Origin: Callorhinchus milii
Taxonomy: Eukaryota
Assembly: GCF_018977255.1 (NCBI RefSeq)
Contig: NW_024704742.1
Span: forward strand, 81,470,001 to 81,534,000
Direction: 5' to 3'
Length of the DNA: 64,000 nt
A program made the position numbers and the translations under genes. The notes beneath the pieces were generated by a model. That model was not told the DNA's origin. It was given only the letters and a program-made list of their open reading frames with translations, and ran no database searches. This document shows positions 1 to 12,041 of this stretch, piece by piece (position 1 is the first letter of the stretch; each line of letters starts with the position of its first letter).

Positions 1-69
1 TATGCAAAATGCTGGTACAGCTAAAACTTGTAGTAATCAAGAAAGAGGCTACTGAAGTCATTCAAAATA

Positions 70-465
70 ACTAAGCCTGCCAATTGTAAATTCATGACAG
101 GATACTGTTGGAGTTTAACCAGCTAAAGCCACTTAACTTGCCATTGACAGTTATGTCTGGCAAGCATCCCGCTACTTGTTCAGATAAAGCCACCCTATCC
201 ATTAGGCCTTTGGCTTGCAGGATTAACAGGAGTCAAGTGTAAGGATCCCTGCCCCCAGTCACTGTTCTGCCCTCTATGTCCGGCCGATAAGCCAGACTGG
301 CTGTCCTTTCATTAGTAGTGCCCTGGAATACTGCATACCCACCTGGCTCAGAAACTGAACTACTGAGACCACCACAGAGGATTGACTCGATTCCCTTATT
401 CTGTTGCTAAACATGTCAACTTGCAGCCAGTTCATCCCCAAGGAGACCGCACCTCCCTCCCAAAC
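70..465 (-). repeat. Unidentified dispersed repeat (family C)
   Basis: Reverse complement aligns to 52795-53200 (e.g. GAATCGAG.CAA..CT.TGTGGTGGTCTC, CCAGGGCACT). Confidence 0.75.
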
Positions 466-877
466 GCAAGAGGAACAGTTTATCTCATTTTTGAGAAAGT
501 TTGATTCTGTTAATAGCACAAATGCATGAGTTTGGCTATGTTGACAACCAAAGGTCAATTTGGTTGCATTTGTTTTTTGTCTTTTCATTAAAAAGCAGTA
601 GCGGCAAAGGGTGCAAGATGTTTGTCTGCTGGTCATAAATCTTAAAAGAGATGAAAGTACACAGCTGGGCTTCATGTATTGATCAGTTCTCTGCTCCATA
701 GTCCAGCATGAAGCACACTAGAATGTTCACTGCCACGACATCAGTCCTCAGAGAAGTCAGTGTCACATTTGAATTCAGAGTTATTAAATCATTTAGACAT
801 TTAGCCTGAGGAACAGACCTCAAATTCTTCAAGAACCACAGGAAGCAACAGCTTCCGAAGGATACTAAAATGTAGTT

Positions 878-1200
878 ACATGGAGCAATACAGCACAGAA
901 GCAGGCCATTTGGCCCACCCAGTCCATGCCAGTGTTTATACTCTGTGCTATTCCCCTCACCTACATTCCTCTATTCCCTTCTCTCTCTCATGTATGCATT
1001 GCATTTTCACTTAAATACATTAATGTTATTTGCTTCAACCTCAGCTTCTGGCAGTGAGTTCCATATTCTCACCCCCTCTATGAGAACTTCCTCCTAAATT
1101 CCTTATTAAATCTCCGATTGGCTATTTTGTATTTATGCCCTCTAGTTATGGACTCACCAACAAGTGAGCCTATTATATCAACATCCACACTATATATATT
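878..1200 (-). mobile_element. CR1-type LINE 3' remnant
   Basis: ACAGCACAGAAGCAGGCCATTTGGCCC...GGCAGTGAGTTCCA..TTCTCACC, typical reverse-complement CR1 3' end; similar pieces at ~28400-28680 and 35100-35290. Confidence 0.6.
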
Positions 1201-1706
1201 TAAAAATGTGCAATATCATCCATGCAATCTATATGCTGTCTTATTGAAATGTATATTGGACAATGCAGTGCAGACATTGAACTGTTCTTCTCTATAGATA
1301 AATACAAACCTTATTTCTCGCCTCAGCAGATCAAGCAATGAATTGCTCCTCAGCTGAACAAATGTGCAACTAAAAGTGTGGTAAGTGAGGTATGTGATTA
1401 CTTATTTTTCAATGCACAAATTGGCTTCCGTGTTTGCCTACAAAAACAGTCACAGTAAAATTCCTTTGAAGTGCTTGGAGACATCTCAACGATGTGCAAA
1501 GGTACTAAATCAAATGCAATAATTATTCTTATTTTATTGGAATCTTTCTTAAGATCGCGTGATGCAGACCTATGATTCTTTCGATTTATGGCCCTAAGAG
1601 TTAGGCCACCTTCCCAATGCCACAATCTTTCCTGAAACAAAATTTTGCATCCTGCCAAAGAACCCAATGTGGTGTTACTGTAATTGACTGACTGACTGAC
1701 TTATTT

Positions 1707-2072
1707 ACCTGCCCGTACAACTCCGTTCCTCTGGCTCCGGTCTGCTCCACATTCCCCGCCCTAACATTGGTGGCCGGGCCTTCAACCTCTCAGCCCGTAG
1801 GCTCTGGAACTCCATCCCCCAGTGCCTTTGCCTTGCTTCTTCCCTTTCCTCCTTCAAGGCCGGTCTCAAGACCTTTCTCTTTGACCGTGCCTTCAGCTTC
1901 CCTCTCGACTCTCTACCCCTTCCTCGCTCCCTCCATTCCCCTCACCCTGACCATTTCCCCCTTGCTTGGCTTTATCTGAACAAGTAGCGGTCCCGACCCA
2001 ACTGTCCAGTGCCTTGGGATGTCCTCCCGAAGTGAAAGGCGCTCTATAAATGAAATCTTGTTGTTGTTGTTG
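1707..2072 (+). mobile_element. L2 3' fragment (young subfamily)
   Basis: Highly similar to the reverse complement of 59173-59523; stem-loop and (TTG)n tail. Confidence 0.88.
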
Positions 2073-2429
2073 TGAATGAATCCATTTCAGCCATCAAGTG
2101 AGGAGAGACCTCCAATGATGACTAAGGAATTCAAAGAAATTAAGGTACATCCTACGAGATAGCACATATCTCAGGTAATGTTTTTGCTTAAAAGGAGAGA
2201 GTAGAAAGTGGTTTCTTTGTGGTTCTTTAGAACAACAACATATTACAACATGGAAGGAAGCCATTTGGCCTATGGTGTCTTTGCCAGCTCTCTCAAAGTG
2301 TAGAATACTTTTTGGTCTTTTATGCCTTAAATGATATAATTATCTAAACTTAACTCTAACATATAGAACCCATTACCTCCAGGTTAGTGTGCATTAAACG
2401 TTAATACACATTTACCTTGTAGAAACCTA

Positions 2430-2900
2430 CAGCAAGAAGTTGCATTTCTATAGTGCCCTTCACTCGGGGTAGCATCTCGGAGCTTGACACTGAGCCAGGG
2501 AGAGAGGGGAGGTGACCTTAGGCCCGATTGAAGAGGAAGGCTTTCAGTTGTGATTTGAAGATGGGTAAGGAGGAGGCAAGGTAGAGGGATTGAGGTAGAG
2601 AATTCCATAGTTTCGGGGCATAGTAGCTGAAAGCACAAACGCCAATGGAGGGAGCAAGGGAAGGCAAGAGGCCGGTGTCAGCCGAGTGGAGGCGGCAGAT
2701 GATGGAATTGGGTGGAAGCAAGTTGGAAAGGTAGGAAGGTGTCAGGGCTTCAAATTATTTGTCCCTGAGTGTGATGATCTTGAAATTGGTACAATTTGTA
2801 ATAGGGACCCACTGGAGCTTGGCAAGAACTGGGATGCTGGGGATATGGAATTTGGTGCAGGTGAGTATCCAGGTGGCTTAGTTTTGAATAAATTGGATTT
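2430..2900 (-). mobile_element. Old L2 3' fragment
   Basis: AFSYYAPKLWNSLPQSL...FKSQLKAFLF remnant, typical of the L2 ORF2 C-terminus. Confidence 0.75.
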
Positions 2901-2907
2901 CATGAAT

Positions 2908-3235
2908 AATAATGATCCCTGCATTTTGATATATCACCTTTCACATCGTCAAGCTGTTTCAAAGCTTCACAGGATTGCATTGACTGTGTACTTTGTGAGC
3001 AAAATGTGGCAGTCAGTTGCATACAACAGGGTCCCACAAACAGCCATGGAGTGAATAGCCAATTTTATTTGGGGGATTATTGCCAGGACACTGGGAAAAC
3101 TTCCTTCACTTTTGAAATAGTGGCACGAAAACCAGGCAGATGGGACCTTGGTTTAACGTCTCATCTGAAGGATGGCACCTCTGACAATGCAGCCCACCCC
3201 AACCACTGCATAGTATTGTCAGCTTAGATTATGTG
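2908..3235 (-). mobile_element. Deu-domain SINE family B
   Basis: GCCAGGACAC...GGTTTAACGTCTCATCTGAAGGATGGCACCTC. Confidence 0.75.
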
Positions 3236-4673
3236 ATTCCAAGCTGGGGAGACCGGTGAAGAGGGCACTGAATAATCGAGGCAAGATCGGGACGATACGA
3301 CCCTGGAAGTTAAGTAGTTCTTTCCTGGCATTTTGTAAAAATGGTGCTTTAAAAAAATCAAGATGGAGTAAAATTTAGTTAATAAAAGCATCCTTCAATG
3401 ACAACAAGATTACATTTGTATAGCGCCTTTCACGTCAGGAGGATGTCCCAAGGAGCTGGACAGTGTACAGCATTTCATTCAATACTGTAACAACACTGAG
3501 ATTTTGTTTGTTTGAGCAGCAAGATTTATTGCAAATGCTTCTGCATTCCTGACCCTCTTCCACTAATTCCAGATCTAAGCACAAGTATTTTAAGCATTTA
3601 ATGTCAGAACTGTTTATTTACCATTGGTCGTTTTGAAGGCAACTTATAAACATAATGCCAACATCATTCTTCCCTGACAAGTCATACAGGAAGGCAGTGA
3701 AACATTGGGACCCTTTAACTCATTGAAAAGATTTTGAAACAGACTGCAGCTGGTTCTCTGGTCAGAGTCAGTGACAAGACAACAGGGGGCACATTCTAAA
3801 TCACTTTCCCCTCCCTCCCCAGAAATTTAGCTGGTAAGAGTCTGAAATGAGCCACAACCAAACAATGAACATTATGGATTCAGTCGACCAGCTCAGCTGC
3901 ACTTTTCATTAAATTTGAGGGCAGCGGTGGTTTACAGTTTGAAGGGTTTGTGCGGAGAAAAAGCGGCCAAAATGAATATTAATGAAAAGGTTATAGATGG
4001 AATCTCTGGGCAAAACGTGGACTGCACGATTTACACCAAAGATGGTAACTAGCACGTCGCCATGGAGACTAAAAAAGGGGTATCTCGGGGGGGAACGTCC
4101 CCATATATTTGTGACCGAAATGATTATTTTAAAAATGGAAATAAGATGAAAAGGATCTCCATTCATGAGGCAAACCTCATTATTGACTATCCAGTCAGTA
4201 TTGCTGGTGGCGATGTAAAAACACATACCAAAGAACAGGATTGTCTAAATTTCTGCCTGTTCAGGGGCACTTTTTAAAATAAATATTCTTTGAAGCGCTT
4301 TGAGACGTCGAGAAGACGTGAAAAGTGCTATATCAAATGCAAGGATTATTATTATTATTAAATTGTGTGCCCTGAATTGGTGGCAATTTAGGGCACACAG
4401 TTCCATCTTGTCTTATCCTTAAGACCATCTTGTTTTAAAATTTAAGATGATCCAGAATTGTGGAAAATTCCTAAATTTACTGTTAATTTGCAAACTGGCT
4501 TTCTTTAAGAAAGTAAAAGACAGAATTTCAAGTATTTTCTACAATTCTGCACAATTTCAAATTCTTGAAATAAAATTGTCCTACAAGCTAAGACCAGATA
4601 GAATTTGGGGCTATTAATACCCAATTGTACTGAAGTACAGGTGGGCTTCCCATACTTGGCAGATAACATTTAT

Positions 4674-5030
4674 GTCAGCCTGACTTAGTACTCCTACAAA
4701 AGTCAAACAGTTGTCGTACTTGGAACTCATAGAGTTTAGGCTGACACTCCAAGGCATTGCTGGGGGTGCACTTCATTGTCAGAGGTGCTATCCTTTGGAT
4801 GGAGATGTTAAAATAAGGTCCTGTTTGTCTGCTCAAATGGACATTAAAGATCCTGTGACACTGTTTGACAAAAGAAAGTAATCCTCCAAGTAGAAATTGC
4901 TGTTTGTAGGGCATTGCTATGGAAATTGGCTGCTGCATTTGCCTACAAATACACAGTCATTACACTTTACGATGTATCCTGTGAAGCGCTTGAGACATCC
5001 TCTTGACACTATATCAAATACAAGGATTAG
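4674..5030 (+). mobile_element. Deu-domain SINE family B
   Basis: GAGGTGCTATCCTTTGGATGGAGATGTTAAA...GGACATTAAAGATCC core plus shared tail. Confidence 0.7.
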
Positions 5031-7387
5031 TAGAACATCTGGCTAAGATCACAGATGTCAATCTACGCAATGAGTATCTTATATTCCCATTTTAGGAAGG
5101 AGGAAATGGAGGAGAGCAAGAGGGAAAGAGAGAAAACAAGAGAAATGGGAAGGAAGGAGGAGAGAGGGAAAGAGGACGATAAGGGTCAATTTTGAAAGTG
5201 TGAATGGATGAACTTTCTGGAGCTTTTTTCAACAGTCTGTTGGGCTCAGGGAGTGAGTGCATGTGCATTGCCTCCCCTGGGAGATAGAAAGGTGGAGTGG
5301 TTTCCATGGTAGGGTGGATTTTCCGTGGGAAGGAGTAGACGTGATGGTATGAGCAGCTTTCTCTCATTCATGCTTTCCCCTGTTCTTATCAAACAAGTGC
5401 ACCTCAGCGTGTCCACAAGCTACATTCACAATCTGAAAATCAGTTATGAAATAATAGCCATGCTTTTGGGAGGGCTTGCTGCCTCATTTCACAATATTCC
5501 AGGAATCTAAGACAAAGCACGCTGCACTGCAGACTGAGCAGATTGAAAACATCTGGGGGAAATCACAGTGCAGTTTATTTGTTTTACAAGCGAGGGCAGA
5601 AGCCAGTCAATTTCTGTAAACTTGCCGAAGTGCAAGCACATGCTCTGGATGTGGCTGGGGAATATAAAAATAACAAATAGCCCAGTTAAACACTGAGTAA
5701 ACCTTTCTAGAGCCCACGCACACCTTTGAAATAATGCACTATCCTATTCCTAACAAAGAAGAAGTATAAATCAGTAACTGCAAAGTTTACCAGCATGAAG
5801 CTCCGGGTAAGTTTCACACTGCTTAACCACTTGGGACCACCCTGACTGTGAGTGCTTTAGCTCACAGATTTGAAGACATGTCTACACCTTCATGTCTCAT
5901 TGATCAGCCAGACAGGTTGGTCAACCATCAATCATGCCTTTGATTACTACCTACCTGGCTTTACCAGGCACTTCTCCACAGAATCAGTTCTAACCCAAGA
6001 AGACGCAGTTTACCTCTTCCAACCCCTCCCACATCCCAAAGAAGATATAGTTAAACATAGTTCTTGCTTTATTATCCTTTCAAGGGTGATGGAGTGATAG
6101 GATCCTTCTGGTCTCAGCAGATTGAGAACAAAAATGGATGATAAACTTTAAAAGTGAATATTCTACTGTTGTTATCCAAATGTGGCTGATAGGTTGACCG
6201 CTTCATATCTTAACCAGAGGAAAGGTTAAACTGAGATCTTGTCTGCCTTTTGAGATGTACATCCCATGGTACTATTCAAGATCAGAAGGGAGTTTCACCC
6301 GGTGTCCTGGCCAACGATTCCCCAAATAAAAATCGGTCATTCATTTCACTACTATTTGTTGTAGGACATTGATGTACACAATTGGGCTGCCACATTTCAC
6401 CATCAAATACAGTCACTACACTTCACAGCAAATTCACACTACACTTCACAGCAAAAATTCACAGCAAAAAGTGTTTTGGGATGTCGTACTGATGTGAATG
6501 GCATGATACAAGGACTAATGTTATTACCCAAAACTTTTAAATTTCCAGGAAAGTGGAATTCAATGGGATTTGGAATCTGTTCAGAGCTGCAGTTTAAAGA
6601 TTGCCACGGCTTAGAGTAATGGGATCTTGTTATTGAGAACACAACTAAGATAATCACAAGAAGAGCGAAAGAACAGAATATTTTTCACACAGAGAATTTT
6701 GGGGATGGGAATACTCTGCAAGTAAGGTGGTAGACGGAGAGCCCTTTGTGTGTTTCAAGAGGAAAGTAGATGGGTGTATGAAGGATAAAACCTTAAAGGG
6801 GAGATAAGGCAGATAATGGGATTAAATGAACAAACTTCAGTCTCTAACTCAACAACAACAACAACTCTAACTCAGCTGCTCACTGTGGGCAAAATTCATC
6901 AATTATCCATGGACTGCTCTGGAGCATTTCATCCTAAATAAAACTAACAGTCAAATATATGCTACATACTTATCAAAAACAAAAAATCAAAATGGACATT
7001 TGGTCCAATCTGTACTACCAACATTTCTTCTAGTACCTCAGAGAATAGAAATTAATTTTGCTGATAAAAAATGATTTTAATTGCCAATATAAGTATAGTG
7101 GAGTCCCATTATTATCCATAAAATCCCAACCAGCATTATAACTGGTTAAATTGCTGGGCAGCAAGACAAAACATTGTCTGGCACAGAGAAAGTAAAAAAA
7201 GACGACTTCCAGGTCATCGAGTTGCTGCCGATATCATTTCCTGCATTCTATGCGTGTGGAATACGCAGGAAGCTTTAGTCAATTTTATTTGGGGCATTGT
7301 TGGCCAGAACACCTGGAGAAACTCCCTTCTCTGTTTAAATAGTATGAGGATCTCTAATGTCTGCCTGAATAGGCAGATGAGACATCA

Positions 7388-7656
7388 TCAACAACAACTT
7401 GAATTTATATAGCGCCCTCCACGCCGGACGGCGTCTCAGAGCGCTTTACAGTAACGCATCCTGGCGCCGAGCCTGGGGGAGGGGGAAGAAGGTGACCAAA
7501 GCAGCGGTTGAAGAGAAAGGTCTTCAGCAGAGACCTGAAAATAGGAAGAGAGGGGACGAGGCGAAGGGAGTGAGGAAGGGCATTCCAGACCCTCGGGGGT
7601 AGTGGCTGAAGGCAGGGTTGCCGAGGGTGGAGCGGAGGACTTGTAGGACGAGGAGA
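7388..7656 (-). mobile_element. L2 3' fragment inserted in a Deu-type SINE, ACATCA TSD
   Basis: (CAA)n tail and stem-loop; ACATCA at 7382-7387 and 7657-7662; Deu sequence on both sides. Confidence 0.75.
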
Positions 7657-9220
7657 ACATCAGTTGAACATCTCATTCAAACAGTACCTGCAAAAGTGTA
7701 GTGCTCCTCCAGCATGATATAATCTAGTTTAGCCTAGACTATGAGCTATTGATTTCATGTCAAATTTGTACACGACAGCCACATGGTTTTGCTTTTCTGG
7801 TAGAATTTATCTCCCAAGTGCTCATTGATAGGATAAATGCAGGTCTGGAGATTGATCTCAAGAGGAAGTCTGGACAATTTTATTCCTCGACATGCAACAA
7901 CAGTACAACTGACTAACTTTTCACTTTTAGAAAAGTTGAACCAACTTTTGGTAATTTTGCACTTTTGGAAAACCTTTTTATTTGGTGGACTGTTGGCCAG
8001 GGCAGGGATTAAAAGATCTGCCAAGATTTAATATACTGCTGGAACAGACTTGCTCTGAAATGTCTCTACCTGTTCTTGTGCTTTACTAAATTCCTATATT
8101 CAACAATGAGCTGAAAGTTCTGCCGCTCTAAGCTATGATGAATTATTCAATGAAGTGCAATGTCCTGCAGCTTACTCACATGGTGACAGACACTTGGGAA
8201 ATGTTCCCATCTCAGAAGCCAGAACTATTTATTAACCATTTTCAATGTAAAATAAAATCCCGAACTAGGAAATGGAGGAATATGAATAGTTAATTCCCAT
8301 GTGAGAAAAACATTACAACAGACTTGTGTTCCTTGTTAACTTTCTGACCCAGAGCAGGCGAATACCTTCACAAGGGAGCATGACTGGAGAAATGGGAACA
8401 GAGGGATTTCCGCAATTTTTATTTTACTCCAGGAATTCAGCCCATTTTATGCTGAAACGGGGTCTTCCAAGTTCTATAGACTTAGTAGGAGCTCGTGAGA
8501 AGCTACTGACACATTCATAGATTTCAGATAACATACACATTCAGATAAAGGCATTGATGGGCATCTAGACATAGTACTGCTTGGTCTGCTCTGATTGTGA
8601 TAAGATGTTTTTTTCTCTGGTTTTCGGACAGATTCGCTGCTAGATATTCTTTCTGGGATGGGGAGTGGGGGGAATCAAGCTGCTTTTTTGTTTGTACTTA
8701 CTGAAGCAGCAGTAGAAATCCTGTCATTGTTCAGACTTTGCTGACCGCTCACCATTGCTGAATGAAGCCCTTAGTTAGCGTCTCCCAACTGGCTGACTCC
8801 AGGTCCAAGGGAGTTTTAAGATTTAATTTTAAAGAATCTTTTATTTCATAGAGCACCTTTAACATCAGCAAGTCGTCTCAATCCACTTCACAACATTTAC
8901 TGTAAAGTGCAGTTGTTATTCCTGCATCGACTGGCCCACAGGTATGACCTTCACCTCCTCTTTCTCTCCACCGGACTATTGTTTGATTCAAAGGGACAGC
9001 AGATGCCATTAAAGGTGCCGGCCATGGAAAGTGCTGTTTCCCAGGATTCAGGCTTAGTTCAACAGGAGTCAAATGCCATTGAATGGCCTATACTGCAATT
9101 TTCAACAATGCAATCATTCTCACTGATAACACTATACTTTGCAAGTTTCACTTCTCCCACTATCATGTCTGTGCTGGTGCTCATTCATCTATCGGAGCTT
9201 AATTTAATATCATTATAATT

Positions 9221-9580
9221 AATAAAAATCCTTCCATTTGATATAGCGCCTTATCACATCGTTGAGATGTCTCAAAAGTGCTTTACAGAATATATTATAA
9301 AGTGGATTGACTGTATTTTGTGGGAGAAACACAGCAGCCCAATTGAAACAGCAGTGTCTCACAAATAGTCGTGGATTGAGAGGCCAATTTTTTTTGAGGG
9401 TTTATTTCCCCTGGAAAGCAATCTGCCAATCAACTAACAACCGAATTCCTACTTACTGCTAGGTAAACAGAGGCACTTGGATTAAGAACACTTGCCTAAG
9501 CTTTCACCCCTCCCTGGAATTGAACTCGGGTCCTCTCGCTTGCAAGGCGAGTACGCTAACCACCATGCTATGGGGCTCCA
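9221..9580 (-). mobile_element. SINE family A, full length
   Basis: Reverse complement of the family A consensus. Confidence 0.85.
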
Positions 9581-11741
9581 TGCTAAGCTTTGGGACTACC
9601 CTCTCCTGCTCCTTCCCCATAGCATTTAATAATACCTTTTCATATTTCGTAATGCACAAAGTAAACAGATGGCCAAGAGATAGACAATTTCTGCTATAAT
9701 ATTCCCCGTTACAGGCATATGAGCAAACCTTCTCCAAAGGATTAGTATCCCCTGAAAATCAATGGCATTCTAATTTAGATCCAACTTTTTTGTCTTCGTT
9801 CTGGACGCATTAATAATAAATTCCATGAAAATAAAGCTGGTCTCATATGTCACAAAGTTCAGTGTTGTTACTAAAACGTAAATGTGTTGTTAATAATCCT
9901 CTGGCATTCTTTTTTAATAAAATATCCATTCCTTAGAGAGGCATAAAATAAGTTACCTCATGTGTTGTTTAGAGTTAACTTTCTCTTTTTAAGACTTTTG
10001 CCCTGACCTATAGGCTGTGAGTTGTAATTTGCACGGTTCAAGCAAAAGTTTAATGTGTTTTGCAGAACTATTGATTTGTCTGCTGCCTGCACAGACTCTC
10101 TGTGTGAAGCAAGTCAAAGGCAAAGCTTCAATTTTTTTAGACCCATAGCAATGGTCATTTCTCTGTGATGTAAACATCGTTTCCTGACTCAATCTGAGTT
10201 AAGTCAGCAACAATGGCAATGTTAAAAATCTTCGGACGGTCTTCGAGCCCAATTATTGTGCCACAGCCATTCTTCAGTAATAAACAGATAGGGAGAAATT
10301 CCATCTACCAAATTCTGAAGGCTCTGAAATGGTCCATAAACAGATTAAATTCAGACCTAGGTGCAATTTGTCTCCACGCATGTTCTGATATTTCTTAACC
10401 GATTTGGAACACATTAGATCTGTTGCGAAGTGTTGCATTTTTAACCCTATCATTTACATCCGTGACATTTCCTGATTTGCTCTGTGTCCAATATGTTCTA
10501 CACTAACATTAACACTTTGCAGGATGTGACACCTGCCTGCTGTCCCATCCTTCAAGTTACAGAGACAGCATTCACACGGTCTCAAATGGTATTGCTTTCC
10601 TCCAAAATAATGTATGACTTTACAAAGCAGGAGTTTCTGTGCTTTTAATACCTGAATGAGGTTACCATTTTATTATGAACTAGCAATAAACCTTAATTCA
10701 TTGTTATATTTCCTTTAACATTTAAGTAGATATATCAAAGCCATTCCAGCGCACGCCAACAGACCACAAGGGTCAGTCTGAATTTCATACACAGATCAGC
10801 TTGCAGATCGTTCCACTGTTTAGCATAAAAGAGATAACATTTTATTTTCAAACAAAAGTTTGCATAGGTCTGTCACATGTATGTGAGGGGTACATGTTAA
10901 AGAAAAAATGCATGCTGCAGGCCAGTGGTGGCCAATTTGTGGCCCATGGGCTACTTCTGGCCTGCGAAGCTGTCAAGAAGCGTCTCCCAAACATTCGCAC
11001 AACTCTAGGTAAGTCGGTGTTTGATCATTAGTGTGTTTTCATTTTTTTCCTGATTGCACCTTTCTTGAATCATGGCATAAATCAAGAAATATTTAATCAA
11101 GAAAATTTATTTTGTTGTCCGACCATAAAGGTTATCCATTACTGCTGTACACAATACTAGTGCACCCATTTGTATACATAGAAAGCACACACAAGGAGGA
11201 AAGTACGTGCACACATGCTTGAATGTCCATGAACGTTCCTTGTGTGCATGCATATGGGTGTGCATGATTTTGTTCTGTAAATACTGTAGTAATGTTATGG
11301 CTGCCTGAATAATTACTGGTAGTTGGCAAGTTCTGCATCGCTAATATATCAGTCCAGACTTGGAATAGCGTTTGTAACAAGCCTGGAAAAATGGAAAGTT
11401 AGGTCAGGGATTCTGAGCACATAGTCTGTGGAGACAAATTACAAGCCTCATCTGGTCAATTTTATAATTCTTTTTTGAGTTGATGCAGTTTGGCTTTCAG
11501 CTCGCACAAGTAAACTGTGTCCACCATGTCCTGACATTTGACTCGTGAAACTTTTGACCCTTGACATAGAATTGGCTCTTGGTTTGCATCTCTGAGTCCA
11601 AAGATCTTTGGTTCCTATCAATCTATGCTTCTAAAAATAAAGAACTATGACCAAAACAAACATATTACATTGGGAGGTGGAATGTCAGCAACACATCAGT
11701 AATAATAAAAGAGAAACGGGGAGTCTGTAGAGAGTACTTAC

Positions 11742-11918
11742 CCATACACTCATGCTGCAGCCCCTTTCCGTAGTAGCCTTTCTCACATATACACTCATAC
11801 TGGCCATTGTTGGTGCCGCACTTACAGCTAGCCATCACATCACAACAGTCCCGGCCTGATTCACAGAGAAACGCACAGCGGAATATGTCCTCTTGGATGT
11901 AGTTACCGGAGGGGAGAT
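11742..11918 (-). CDS. SVEP1: SVEP1 coding exon 3 (Cys-rich segment after the vWA domain)
   Basis: Acceptor ctctttccAG|AT completes the split Asp codon from exon 2. Encodes [59 protein letters not shown]. Donor G|GTAAGT. 177 nt, phase 1-1. Candidate branch point CCTAAC about 20 nt upstream. Confidence 0.96.
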
Positions 11919-11952
11919 CTGGAAAGAGCAACACAGTGTTAGGTTCCTGTGT

Positions 11953-12041
11953 GGTGTCCTGTAGTGTATTGGTCAGAGCACTTGTCTTACAAGTGAGAGG
12001 ACCCAGGTTGGATTCCTTAGGCAAGTTTCCTTATTCCACAC
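11953..12041 (+). mobile_element. SINE family A head fragment adjacent to the exon 3 acceptor
   Basis: GTCCTGTAG...AGAGCAC...GAGAGGACCCAGGTTGGATTCC..GGCAAGTTTCCTTA. Confidence 0.7.

Noticed and set aside
274..699. 141-aa ORF sharing QVGxQYSRALL with ORF 52847-53038
   Set aside because: The similarity reflects the nucleotide-level family C repeat; the frames are not otherwise preserved and match no protein I recognise.
3645..3800. Cys-rich minus-strand frame after a TTTAG as candidate SVEP1 exon 4
   Set aside because: Translation (CAPCCLVTDSDQRTSC...) does not resemble the expected CPxGTYKPE exon and runs into a stop.
10926..11335. Possible hAT-type MITE (CAGTGGTGGCCAA start, internal imperfect inverted repeat)
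   Set aside because: No convincing matching right TIR or 8-bp TSD found.
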